64,000 nt of DNA. Origin: Octopus vulgaris. Its lineage: Eukaryota. The stretch spans positions 51,708,001 to 51,772,000 of the forward strand of contig OX597823.1 of assembly GCA_951406725.2 (NCBI GenBank), written 5' to 3'. Shown here in pieces: positions 1 through 11,951 of this stretch. The position numbers and the translations under genes are program-made. The notes beneath the pieces were generated by a model that was not told the DNA's origin, searched no databases, and worked only from the letters and a program-made list of their open reading frames with translations. The stretch's first letter is position 1, and each line of letters begins with the position of its first letter.

Positions 1-16
1 TTTATATGCATATATA

Positions 17-49
<33 letters not shown>

Positions 50-630
50 ATGCGATTATGCATGTCTGTGTATTTACTATAGTATATTGGTAGAAACTTC
101 ATGTATAGTTGCATCCCTTCACTTCAAGTCATGCACGTAGCTATATTTGAAAATAATTCCCTGCATCAAGCTAACTGGGAGGCCAGTCCCTCAGCAGAGC
201 TTACTGCTTTGAAGGGGTTTTTATGCCCCAAAAATTTACCTCAGGACTTATTTTTAAAGCCTGGTGTTTATTCTGTAGGTCTCTTATATTGAACCACTAA
301 GTTACAGGGACATAAACAAACCATCACCAAGTGGTGATGGTAGTGGGGCAAACACAAAGACACACACCATACATAGATACATATGGACATACATATATAT
401 ATATCATTTAGAGAAAAACCTCTATTAAACAATTCAATAAAGAAAGATGTTATTCACACTATATAAAAAACATATACTATAAAAAAGCCTTATTCTAAAA
501 ATCAATAAAGTACAATAAATAGTAAATAGTAGTAGTAGTAATATATTGTGAAATTTGATTTAAAATTGTTAAATTGAATTTTTCCCTGTAAGTTTTGGAA
601 TTATATTCCCTACTACTACTATTATTATTA

Positions 631-685
<55 letters not shown>

Positions 686-699
686 CATATATATATATA

Positions 700-2200
700 A
701 ATATAATTCTTTCCACAATGTCCGAATTGTTCTCGCCATTGGAAAAATATTATCCAAAAAATGAAAATATTTCAAAATGCTTAATAGACATAAAATTAAA
801 TTTGCATTTTCTAATAGCCGAAACCTCACACAAATTATAGTAGCACACAACGCGAGTAAGTTAAGTAATTTCCAAATGATGGATCAGCAATAATTAGTAT
901 GCAGCACGGAGTTTTGTCAGTGAAGAGGTCACGGTCTCAAAGTGACGAAAATATTTTGGCAAATCAAATTTAAATGTTGAAGTGAATCTAATGGTTTTTG
1001 TGTGTTGCTTAAATGGCTTATAAACACCTTCCATGCTGATCTCAGATCAGGTCACTTGCTATGCAAGTACATCTCCGTAATAATTAGTAATGATGTTAAT
1101 ATAATTAACCAAACTAGGAGTGTGAGAAATTGCTATAGCAGAAGCACTACTCAAAGGGAAGCAACCGTAACTAACTCAAATGTGAGATTAAGAAGGGAAG
1201 ACAAGAATACTAGAAAATGCAGTACCCAGAATGTCATCAATGGAGATAGAAGAAATAACCTGGAGAATAGGCAAAATAAATTAGAGATTACCCTTAATGA
1301 AACCAGCATAGAAAATAATATTAGAATTAGAAGAGCTGATATTTTGTGATTGCTCAAGGAATAGACAATGTACTTTAAACTTCGAAGGTAAGATTAAAAA
1401 TGTGGTTTACAGGTGCAAAGTTGCATCAAAAGACAAAGAGTATTTTTATATAGGTGCCATCTCACATTTTATTAAACAAAGAATAGCTAACCATGAAAGT
1501 TCTTTCAAGTATAGTGAGAAAAAATTATACTAGCCTTTGTATAATTAGTTTGGTCACTGAAAGATAGTAACAAAATATATTCAATTGGTTAGGGTATTAT
1601 TAGTAAGGCTAAACTTTATAGAATAGGGGGTAAAAGGTGTGACTTATGCATAGGAGAATGTACCAAATTTTCACTGCTAAAATTAAACTAATAAACACAT
1701 GACAAGAACGTGGTGTATGATGCCTTCCTTAAAGAAAATTTACATTTAAACAATTCAAAGAAACCCATTACCCTTTATATAATAAAAATTTATTAGAATA
1801 ACAATTGTGAAAATAAGAACCAAAAAATAAATCAAAATTGATTGAATACCTCTAAACTAAGAATATTGTTTTTGAAATGAGTGTGATGGTAAAATTCTAG
1901 TAAAACATTTGATCCAACCATGACCTATTTTTAGGACTGTTTCATTTCACCTACCACATTTAGTAGAGGTGAATCCTAAGTTAAGATTCCTACAACTATT
2001 AATAGTAGCACACATACCTCCTAAAATGAACATTTTATTCATTCAGTTTGCTGATTCCTTCAGTTTCACTTTGAACCGGCAGAAAGTAAGGACACTGATA
2101 CCTGCACCAAGCATTACACCATGTTGCATATGTGGTTGAAATGTGTAGGTCCAGAAAAGGATGCTGTATATAACTTAAATAAAACTATGGATGTGAAAAA
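700..2200 (+). mobile_element. Penelope-like element (PLE) 3' remnant: RT C-terminal linker, GIY-YIG endonuclease and 3' region with decayed hammerhead
   Basis: Hand translation gives YFKMLNRHKIKFAFSNSRNLTQIIVAHNASKL (~770-863), CDCSRNRQCTLN..NVVYRCKV..YFYIGAISHFIKQRIANHESSF (~1345-1506) and GGKRCDLCIGE (~1626-1658), typical of PLE GIY-YIG domains. Frameshifts and stops are present. Confidence 0.8.
870..1085 (+). mobile_element. Short retroposon fragment inserted in the PLE ORF
   Basis: Flanked by AGTAAT direct repeats (864-869, 1086-1091) and ends in TAATAAT. Removing it restores the PLE frame (HNASKL-SN-DVNIINQ). Its 3' ~50 bp recur inverted at ~55654-55705. Confidence 0.65.
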
Positions 2201-2233
2201 TCTCTCTTCTCTTTATCATATTAATACAATATA

Positions 2234-2350
2234 ATATGGCCATATAACTTTGAAAGCATCAGTTCTCATCTGATCACTGAAGTTAAGCAACGTCAGTCCA
2301 ATGAGTACTTAGATGGGTGACCGCTTGGAAAACCTAGATGCTGTAAGCAT
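2234..2350 (+). pseudogene. 5S rRNA pseudogene (retroposed copy)
   Basis: Matches the metazoan 5S consensus: GGCCATA..TTGAAAGCATCAGTTCTCATCTGATCACTGAAGTTAAGCAACGTC..AGTACTTAGATGGGTGACCGCTTGGAAAACCTAGATGCTGTAAGC. Many transitions; followed by an A-rich tract instead of an oligo-T terminator. Confidence 0.92.
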
Positions 2351-2375
2351 AAAAAAATAAAAGAGAAAAAAGAAA

Positions 2376-2584
2376 GTGAGCTGGCAGAAATGTTAGCATG
2401 CCAGGCAAAATACTTAGTGGTATTTCATCTGTCTTTACATTCTGAGTTCAAATTCTGCCGAGGTCGACTTTGCCTTTCATCCTTTTGGGGTTGCTAAATT
2501 AAGTACCAGTTGCATACTGGGGTCGATCTAATCGACTGGTCCTCTCCCTAAAAATTTCGGGCCTTGTGCCTTGAGTAGAAAAGG
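2376..2584 (+). mobile_element. SINE family A (tRNA-like head, body GACTTTGCCTTTCATCCTTTCGGGGTCGATAAA..AGTACCAG)
   Basis: A box GAGCTGGCAGAA, B box GAGTTCAAATTC; more than 10 related copies in the window. Confidence 0.85.
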
Positions 2585-4420
2585 ATACAATATATTCATA
2601 TACACACACACAAATGCACACACATATATATGTATACATATGTGTGTATGTTCGTGTATATGCTTTAGTATGATGGTGAAAACTGTATATATTGTTGCAT
2701 CCTTTACTTCAAGTCATACACATAATTATATTTAAAAATAATCCTTTTCTATCAGCCTAACTGGGAGACCAGTCCCTCAGCAGAGCTTATATAGTGCTGA
2801 GCATCACAGGAATCAGTAGTCATCAAATTAGCCACTTAAGGTGATTATGGATCAGAAGAATCGAGCCATGAGTAGGGTAGTGCTATATAGAAACCAATAA
2901 AATAGTGCCAAACTGAAATAAGTATGAAATAGTATGATAAATTAAAAAATTCTTTTTTTAAAATTTGGTGCCCCAATATGGCCATAATCCAATGACTGAA
3001 GTCAGGAAAGCAATAAGAGTATAATGTAGAATTCCAGACCAGATTGAGGCAATTGAAGAAAAGCTTATGCAATAAAGTTGTACAAAATGTGTAAGAGCGT
3101 TGTAAATTGAAAGCTGTTAGTTTGAGAACAAGAACGCAACAAGTTAGCTGTGATATAGTTTTGAAAGAGTTAATGTGATTGGGAAATGCATAAATGTATC
3201 AACCTCCCATTACCATTTCCTTAAGTGGTTAGTTTGGAAAGGAATGGCTTCAGTCAAACTGATTTTTCCCTGGTCAAATGAAGATGAAATTGAATTCTTG
3301 AGAATTCTTCAGAAGTACTTCGATGACCTAATGGATTATGGGATATTATGTAACTAACAAGTGGTACATGAAGCAGAAACCAGAGAAAGGTGATTGCAAT
3401 GGTCCTCTGCTCCTCTCTTGGTAAGGCAATACAAAACACACTGAAATACATGGACAGACTTTGTACAAGCTTACCTAAATAAGAAATCAGATTTGAAACC
3501 AATGATGAAATTTATTTGGAGAAGATTTGTTATTATCAGCTTCATTATTCTATGATTATTTTTGCCAGTGGACTTGTGATATTCTAATTGTTTTAAAACA
3601 CCAACAATGGATAAAGAGGTTACATGGCTGAATAAATGAGTTTTGGACTATGACTTGTAGGTTATGAGATCACATCTATTCCAGTTATTTTGTGGCACTT
3701 CTTAATTCTATGTGTATCAGTTTAGCAAGCCATTGAGAATAAGTACATTGATTTTTCTGAGAAAATTACCAGCAATAGACATCGCATCATATCTATATTA
3801 AGTAGCTGGAAAAGCCTCTATCTCTCTTCTATGCTATGTTCCAGTCATATGAATTAAAATATAGATCCTTATGAGTCCTGAGAGGATTGTTATTTTTTTT
3901 ATTAATAAAATCACTAATTCTGTATGAAATAACTTAATTTTCTAAATCAGTAATTATAGCCAGAATTTGATTTTTTATCTATATATATATATATATATAT
4001 TTGTATTCCTAGATGAACAAACCTGGATATTTATTCTCTGTTTATTTCATCCATATCTATTTTTTCATAGGTCATTTGGATATTAAGTTGCTGCCATTAT
4101 TGTTGTTGTTGTTGATGCTGTTGTTTAATCCATCCGACTCAGTCAAGCAGACATTTGATCAAATAATTTTATCCATAACTATACTACATTTATGTATTCA
4201 GAAATTTTGTATCTAGAACTATTATTCAATACATCCTTTAATAATGCAAGGTGTTATTTGTGTGAGAGTTGGATGCTTATTTCTAGTAAGTGGAGAGAGC
4301 ATTCATTGGCCATTCATTGACTTATTATTAATAGTAGATTATAACCTTCTCATCAAATAAATCTATGACCCAGAGTCATTTCCTAGTTTTATTAATTACT
4401 CTTACATTACTGCTTTCCTG

Positions 4421-4812
4421 TGGAGGTGCATGGCTTAGTGGTTAGAAGCTTGCTTCCCAATCACATGGCACTGGGTTCAGTACCATTGGGCAAATGTCTT
4501 CAATTATAGCCTCGGGCCAACCAAAGCCATGTGAGTGGATTTGATAGATGGAAACTGAAAGAAGCTCGTTGTATATATGTGTGAGTGTGTGTGTGTGTGT
4601 GTGTGTATTTGTGTATCTGTGTTTGTTCCCCACCATCACTTTACAACCGATGTTGGTGTGTTTATGTTCCCATAACTAGCAGTTTGGCAAAAGAGACCAA
4701 TAGAATAGGCTTACAAAGAATGAGTCCTGGGTTGATTTGTTTGACTAAAGATGGTGCTCCAGCATGGCCACAGTCAAATGACTGAAACAGGTAAAAGAAT
4801 AAAGGAATAAAA

Positions 4813-4816
<4 letters not shown>
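4421..4816 (+). mobile_element. SINE family B (tRNA head, CORE-like TTGGGCAAGTGTCTT segment, internal microsatellite, CR1-type tail)
   Basis: Head GCTTGCTTCCCAA..GGGTTCAGT, internal (TG)n, tail GGTGCTCCAGCATGGCC..TGACTGAAACA.GTAAAAGA; many copies in the window. Confidence 0.85.
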
Positions 4817-4868
<52 letters not shown>

Positions 4869-4952
4869 GATTTAGATGTGAGCTACTACTAGTTTTATTT
4901 TCCCTGAAAATACATTGATTGAACAAGCTTATATAGCATGCCAGAATGATTG

Positions 4953-5181
4953 TGAGCTGGCAGAATCATTAGCACACCGGGCGAAATGCTTAGCAGTATT
5001 TCATCTGCTGTTACGTTCTGAGTTCAAATTCCACCGAGGTCGACTTTGCCTTTCATCCTTTCGAGGTCGATAAATTAAGTACCAGTTATGCACTGGGGTT
5101 AATGTAATCGACTTAATACCTTCATCTGTCCTTGTTTCCCCCCTCTATGTTTAGCCCCTTGTGGGCAATAAAGAAATAAGG
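4953..5181 (+). mobile_element. SINE family A
   Basis: Near full-length copy, flanked by ATGATTG repeats (4946-4952, 5182-5188). Confidence 0.85.
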
Positions 5182-5327
5182 ATGATTGCCTGAAAATATA
5201 GCACACTATAGAAGCTTGTCTGATCATTGTATTTTCAGAGGCATGAAACTAGTAACAGTTCATAGAGAGACAAAGAAGGAGAGAAAAAGTGGGAGAGGGA
5301 GAGAGATATGCACACACATGTAAATGC

Positions 5328-5358
<31 letters not shown>

Positions 5359-5927
5359 GATAGATGCATATATACATACATATTTGTGTGTGTGTGTGCA
5401 TGTGTGTTTGTGTATGTGTAGGGTTATATATGCATGAAAACATACAAATGTGAAAGCATACTACTCAGTATCTTTAAAGGTGTGTATACATAGGCAAAAA
5501 CAATGTTACTAATTCACTGTGCATTAGTTTCTATACAAAGCTAATCTCTACTTTACACGCACATGTACATAAGTGCTCTACTGTTTACTAAAGGTCAATA
5601 CACCTTCTTCTAGAGAAATCTCAAGTCAGAACACTTGTAATATTTCTTATATAGCTTCTTTATCACCTATATCCAGTTACAAATCTCTAATTGCCTTAAA
5701 TGCTAGTGGTCTTCCTTCTTTCATGAAAGTCCTTGAAAATCTCTCTAAACAAGAAAACACAAGCAGTAGATATTTTCTTTACTGAAATGCAGACTTGAAA
5801 TCTATATGATGGTTTCTCCGGCCAGTGGTGGAATTATTCAACAGTGGAGTCATTATTGTTGAACTTCAGATATGTGTAAAATGGAAATAATCAAACACTT
5901 TGCTGTATTATATTAAGAATAATGAAT

Positions 5928-6148
5928 AAAAGCAGTGATCTGGCAGAATCATTAGCATGCCAGATTAAAAACACTTAGCGGCATTCCATCTGTTTTTATG
6001 TTCAGAGTTCAAATTCCATTAAGATGGACTTTGTCTTTTATCTCTAAAGGGTTACTAAAATAAGTATCAGTCTAGTACCAGCAGTGATGTAATTGACTAG
6101 TCCCTTCTTGACGAAATTTCAGGCTTTGTGCCTATAATAGAAAGGATG
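5928..6148 (+). mobile_element. SINE family A (diverged)
   Basis: Family A motifs; ~15-bp TSD TTAAGAATAAYGAAT (5913-5927, 6149-6163). Confidence 0.8.
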
Positions 6149-6602
6149 TTAAGAATAACGAATCTATTTTTAGATGTAATAAAATTGGCATAGCACTGGC
6201 AGGGTAAAAATAGTGCCACATGGTAGTTTAGTTATTCTTTGATAGTTTGAATATTGCACAAGACTGATTTTTAATTTCTTTACATTCTTACCTGGAATCA
6301 ATAATATAAATACTAATCAACTGTTGAAATTAATTAGATGAACTTTCCCTTCCATCCATTCATGTTTTGAGTTCAAATTCTGCTGAGGTTAACTTTTGCT
6401 TTCTTCCTTCTAGAAACAGTAAAATAAAGTATCAGCTAAGTATTTGGGTTGACATAATTGTCAAAAGTTTTCTCTTCAGAAGTGCTGGCTTTGCATTTAA
6501 ATTACAAATAATTCTTATTAGGTGCATGGCCCAGTGGTTAGGATTGTTGTGCTCACAATTGCTAGATCGTGGGCTCAATTCCTAGATTGGCTTTCATGTA
6601 TT

Positions 6603-7180
6603 CATCATCATCATCATCATCGTTTAATGTCCATTTTCCGCGCTGGCACGGGTTGGACGGTTCGACCGGGGTCTGGGGAGCCAAGGGCTGCCCCAGGCTC
6701 CAGTCTGGTCTGGCAATGCCCTTCCTAATGCCAACCGCTCCGCGAGTGTAGTGGGTGCTTTTTACGTGCCACCTGCACAGGTGCCAGAGGGGTCTGGCAT
6801 CGGCCACGATCGGTTGGTGCTTTTTTTATGTGCCACCGGCACAGAAGCCAGTCAATGCAATGCTGGCATCGGCCATGTTTGGATGGTGCTTTTTATGTGC
6901 CACCGGCACAGAAGCCATTCAAGGCAGGGTTGGCATCGATCATGTTCGGATGGTGCTTTTTATGTGTCACCGGCACAGGTATCACAACTACTGTTCCCAT
7001 TGATATTTGGTTCGATGTTCATGTACATGCACTTGACACAACAGGTCTCCTCAAGCACAGCGAGATGTTCTGGGATCCCACACTTGGATGGTGCTTTTTA
7101 TGTGCCACCGGCACAAGAAGCCAGTCGGGGTGGTGCTGGCATCGGCCATGTTCGGATTGGCATCGGTCACGTTCGGATGG
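6603..7180 (-). mobile_element. SINE-like family C (RTE-type ends) with internal ~50-60 bp tandem repeats
   Basis: Minus strand ends ..GGACATTAAACGATGATGATG and contains GTTGGCATTAGGAAGGGCAT. The internal unit GGTGCTTTTT(T)ATGTGCCACCGGCAC occurs about five times. Confidence 0.75.
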
Positions 7181-8639
7181 AGCTCTTGAACAAAAAATTT
7201 CATTTCATGTTGCTCTAATGCTGTATGGGGACCAGCATGTCAAAGAATAGACCCCATGTTTCCTCTATATGTTGTAAAAAGTCACTAAAAGAAGTTGAAA
7301 TAGGATTTGCAGTCTGACCTCATAAAACCCTCACCAGCAATGACTAGCCAAACGGATCCATAGGTTAGAGGGTTGTTGTCTGAATGCTGCAAAGGTGTCA
7401 TCCACCAGGAATAAGGAATCACCAACATCAGTGGCATGTTGATGCAGCACAAGATCAGACTCGAGATTAATTTGAATCTCAGAATTGTTTCCCTTATTTC
7501 TCTCAATAACGAAAGTTTGTGATTTTTACAAAACTATAAATGTAATTTTAATAACTTAAAAGAATTTTCTACTCACCTCACAAATCATATTAGTTCCCAA
7601 CTTAAGTGTTGTGTACCTGTAGTTAGCAATACTTAACTTTAGTAAGATTTGTCTGATACTGCAAAGCACTAAGAGTTATTATCACTGTCTAATTCTTATT
7701 ACCATTGTATTAAATCTACATATAGTTGAATGAAGAAATCGCCATGTTGTTATTTAAACTGCTAGAAATAGCAGCAAAATCTCTGAAAAATCATGCCTTT
7801 ACTGTCTTAAAAAAATTTAATGAACATTGGATACTATAGGCTGGTTTGAAGCAAAATAATAAAAATACTAACTAAAAGCAGCAACAGCAATAATAATTCT
7901 TAACATCTTGCCAAAAGTTTTCTGGATCAAAAGCCCAGTCCTGCAGTATTTCTGTTACAAAACTGAAATGATGGATAGAAGAAGGGTTCTTTACATTAGG
8001 GAGTTTCTCTCTTCCTTCAAAATAAATGTAAGCAAGGTTAGTATGATTTTGTGATATTGTATGTTTCAGGACTGCTAACAAGTACATTTTCATACAATAC
8101 TGTCTAACAGGAAGATAAGTGTTAAAGAAAATAGTTTCTGACATTTCAAGCAAGTCCCTTCATTGATGAACTAAGCTTCCTTCCAATATTTAATTAATGG
8201 TTATTTTTGGCAATGCAACAAATTACAAGTTTCTTTGAACTCAAGATTTTTGCTAAATAACCCAGCTTTTAAACCAATCATAAATATACCAGCATTCTGC
8301 CTATTTTGTGTTCAAACTGACCACAGACTGTCACAACTACCCTTCAATGTTAATATAAAAATAAACAATCACATCTCCAAAATCTTAAAACTATGAGATA
8401 ATAATGCATGATTAATTCAAAACAGTGTGAATAAAGACAAGCACAATATTTGACAGAGTAATCTGAATGCTAAATTGTTGTTTTATTCATTTCTTATTTC
8501 ATTCATAATTTCTTTATTTGACTTGTAAAAGATTTACTTTAGTGATCTCGTTAATACTGAGCATCAGCTTGACTGTAGTCGATAGTAATTAAACAATGAT
8601 CTAGCTACTGCATATCTTAGATTGCTAGCTCTGACTAAT

Positions 8640-9164
8640 TGTTGTGTGGACGCCCCCTGACGATGAAGTAGGCTAGCCCAATAGGTAGGTATAGAGGGAG
8701 AAGTCTAGACGCCGAGAGTTGAGTGGAGGTCATCGGAACATGTGATATAACTGTGGCAACGAGGATGAGATGTCATGTCTCGCTTCAAAAATATGACACA
8801 GAAGGCATTTAAACCAATTAAAAAAAGATATACCAATTACCAAGAGAGGCTAGAAGAACCAACGGATTTATGGTATGATTTGTTCGAGGTTCCAGAACCA
8901 CAAGCAAGAGCAGAACCGACACGTAGGTCAAACAGGAAGAGAAAACCTACAGAAATTATGGAAATTAACGCTAAGAGAAAAAGATATGCCAGTTTCTCAC
9001 CAAGGAAATAAAATTGATAAATTCGGGTTTAAAAAACTCAAAAGGGGGAGGTGTTGTGTGGACGCCCCCAGACGATGAAGTAGATTAGCCCAATATGTAG
9101 ATATAGAGGGAGGAGTCTAGACGTCAAGAGTTGAGTAGAGGTCATCGGAATGTGCGATTTAACA
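8640..9164 (+). mobile_element. Complete miniature LTR retrotransposon (TRIM-like, Gypsy/Mag-derived)
   Basis: 113-bp LTRs at 8640-8752 and 9052-9164 (TG...CA, ~14 mismatches), 5-bp TSD CTAAT, PBS TGGCAACGAGGATGAGAT (8754-8771), PPT AAAGGGGGAGG (9041-9051). Confidence 0.92.
8775..9011 (+). pseudogene. Residual ORF resembling the C-terminal tail of a Mag-type Pol/integrase
   Basis: IKKRY..EEP.D..YDLFEVP.P..RRSNRKRK..KRKRY lies directly upstream of the PPT; no catalytic domain remains. Confidence 0.5.
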
Positions 9165-9169
9165 CTAAT

Positions 9170-9390
9170 GTTAGTTAATGCTGGTTTCAAATTTTGGCAC
9201 ACGGCCAGCAATTTCAGGGGAAATGAGCAAGTCAATTACATTCATCCCAGTGCTCAACGGGTACTTCTTTTATTGAACCCACCAATGGATGCAGGGCTAA
9301 ATCTTTCTGAATGGAATTTGAACTCAGAACTTAAGGATGAATGAAATACTGCAAAGGATTTTGCCTGGAGGACTAAATATTTTGTCAACT
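9170..9390 (-). mobile_element. SINE family A (old copy)
   Basis: Reverse-complement motifs GGAATTTGAACTCAGAAC and TTTCAAATTTTGGCAC. Confidence 0.7.
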
Positions 9391-10019
9391 TAAATCATTA
9401 TTGTCAACAATAATAAGGCTTTCTGATGTATTTTATAGTTTTCAGATACAGTCATTCGATTACCTAAAATAGCCATGGAATTTGAAACCGTTTCATCTGA
9501 CCTTGTGCATTTAAATTATAATAAAGTGTTATTAGAATATTAAATGGAAAGTAAAAATGAGTGAATTCAATATTAATCAGGTGACTATATTGGTTCATTT
9601 TTTTAAATATGTAGACTCTTCTTTTGTTTGAGTATGTGGACTTGAACTGGATATTAATAGTGTATATTTGTATCTTACTAAATAAGTATAAATTAAGGTG
9701 TATATTGTTTTCAAGAGCTGGTCAAATTGTAAGCAAATAAAAGCCCAAGTTCACTGTTTTCTTTTTCAAACTGTCAGTATACTTCATAGAGTGAGATTTG
9801 AGAAACATACGGCTGCTATTTCTAACAGCTTCAGCGACTTCATAGAAGCTTCCTTGAAGGCTCATTTAATAAATATTGCATATTTTTTAACATGTGTTAA
9901 CAGGGTTTACTGGTAGTTAACAGTGGCCTTGATTAATGTTCAACATTTGTCTAATTGAAGCAGAGATGATATAAATTTAAACAAGCAGGAAAAAAATTAG
10001 TCATATCGTAATGGTAATG

Positions 10020-10285
10020 ATGAAAAATATCATGGTGATGACAGCAACAGCAACAACAACAGCAACAACAAAGCTGTGATGGAAATAGTGACAACAATGA
10101 TGTTAATGATGATGATGATGATGATGATGACAATAATGATGATGACGACTACAACAAAGGCAATGGCAATGATGATGAGGATGATGATGACAACCGCAAT
10201 GATGATGATAATAACTATGTTGCAAGTGATGGTGATGATGATGATGACAATGATGATGGTGGTGGTGGTGGTGGTGGTGGTGATG
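10020..10285. repeat. Compound (GAT)n/(GGT)n/(CAA)n microsatellite
   Basis: Direct reading. Confidence 0.9.
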
Positions 10286-10502
10286 AAAGTAATAACATGG
10301 TATGGATTAGAATGGTGAGTGTAAGAAGGAGCAGGCAAAAGAAAAAGAATGAAGAGGGAAGGTCAAAGTTAAATCAGAGGAGATATTTCTGTTAATGGAC
10401 TGAAAGTGTTTATGCAATTTATGGTTCCAATGATTTAACTTACCATATGTTCACTGGTGAAATTTTTCCTGAAATATCAGATCTTTATATAAATATATGT
10501 AT

Positions 10503-10835
10503 AGGCATAGGTATGGCTGTGTGGTAAAAAATTTGCTTCCCAACCACATGGTTCTAGGTTCAATCACCCTATGTGTGGCCCCTTTGTTCAAGTGTCTTTT
10601 CCTATAGCCTCAGGCTGACCAAAGTGGATTGGTATATGGAGACTAAAAGAATATGTGTGTGTGTGTGTGTGCACTGGCCCTTCTTTCAGTTTCTGTCTTC
10701 CAAAGACTCTTAGAAGGCTTTAATTGGAATGAGGCTATGGTAGAAGATACTTGCCCAAGGTTTCACGCAGTGAGACTGAACCTGGGACAATGTGACCAGG
10801 AAACAAACTTCTTACTACACTGCCATGCCCGCATC
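10503..10835. mobile_element. Two family B SINE heads in opposite orientation around a (TG)n tract
   Basis: Plus head at ~10503-10650; minus head at ~10680-10835. Confidence 0.7.
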
Positions 10836-10970
10836 TGTGCATGTAAATTTTTTCAAGTACGGATTAAAATATGTGTGTATGTACATGCATAAATACATAC
10901 ACACACACATGCACGCACACACACACACATACACACACACAAACATATAAATATATGAACATGTATATAT

Positions 10971-11215
10971 CATCATCATTGTAGTCATTGTTTAATGCCC
11001 GCTTTTCATGCTGGCATGGTTTGACTGAGAACTAACAAGCCAGGAGGCTGCACCAGCTGATTACTACAGCTGGATGCCATTCCTAACACCAACCATTCTG
11101 AAGGTGTGGTAGGTACTTTTTACATGCCACCAGCATGGGTGCCAGTCAGGAGACACTGGCATTGGCCACACTCAAATGGTGTTTTTTATGAGCCATTAGC
11201 ACAAGTGCCAGTCAC
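10971..11215 (-). mobile_element. SINE-like family C
   Basis: (CAT)n..GTTTAATGCCCGCTTTTCATGCTGGCATGG..CTGGATGCCATTCCTAA; a further fragment at ~11493-11604. Confidence 0.75.
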
Positions 11216-11604
11216 CACTTCATTACATACACACACATACACACACACACATATATATATAAATCTGCATATACATAGTACAACCCTTGTTCGTATGAAA
11301 GACAGATGTTACATGATGATCATGAAGATGATATATATTTATGATATATGGTATAATTAAATATATGTATATATAATATATTTACATAAACACACACATA
11401 TATATATATATATACAAATATGTATACAGTTTATTATTAATATATATTAATAAAATATATTTTTACATATATATATAGATAAATGTGTATCAATCATCAT
11501 CATCGTTTAACGTCCACTTTCCATGTTTGACTGAGGTCTGGCGAACCAGATGGCTGCACCAGACTCCAGTCTGATCTGGCAGAGTTTCTACAGCTGGATG
11601 CCCT

Positions 11605-11645
<41 letters not shown>

Positions 11646-11689
11646 ATATAAATATAATTATATATGTGTGTGTATACATATGTAAATAT

Positions 11690-11721
<32 letters not shown>

Positions 11722-11951
11722 CATACTTATGTAAATATAATATATATATGTATATATACATACATATATAAATATAATATTTATATACATATCTTAACAT
11801 ATATATATATATATATATAAAATATATATATATATATATGTTTATATATATAAGTATATATATGTTTATATAATAATAAAGTGTAAAATCATAAATGAAT
11901 TTTACCAAGTGGTCAAGCACGGAAATAAAACCTTGTAGGTAAATTAATATG

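Noticed and set aside
2234-2350. Functional 5S rRNA gene
   Set aside because: Single copy with many substitutions, an altered 5' end, an A-rich tail instead of oligo-T and a TSD; a retropseudogene.
3175-3425. Exon-like stretch ending in GGTAAGG
   Set aside because: No sustained open frame or recognisable homology; unsupported without transcripts.
5590-5790. Possible minus-strand coding exon bounded by AG/GT
   Set aside because: Stop codons in all three frames; no recognisable protein.
6750-7180. CRISPR-like repeat/spacer pattern
   Set aside because: The intervening segments are homologous to each other, the repeats are degenerate, there are no cas genes, and the context is a eukaryotic SINE-like element.
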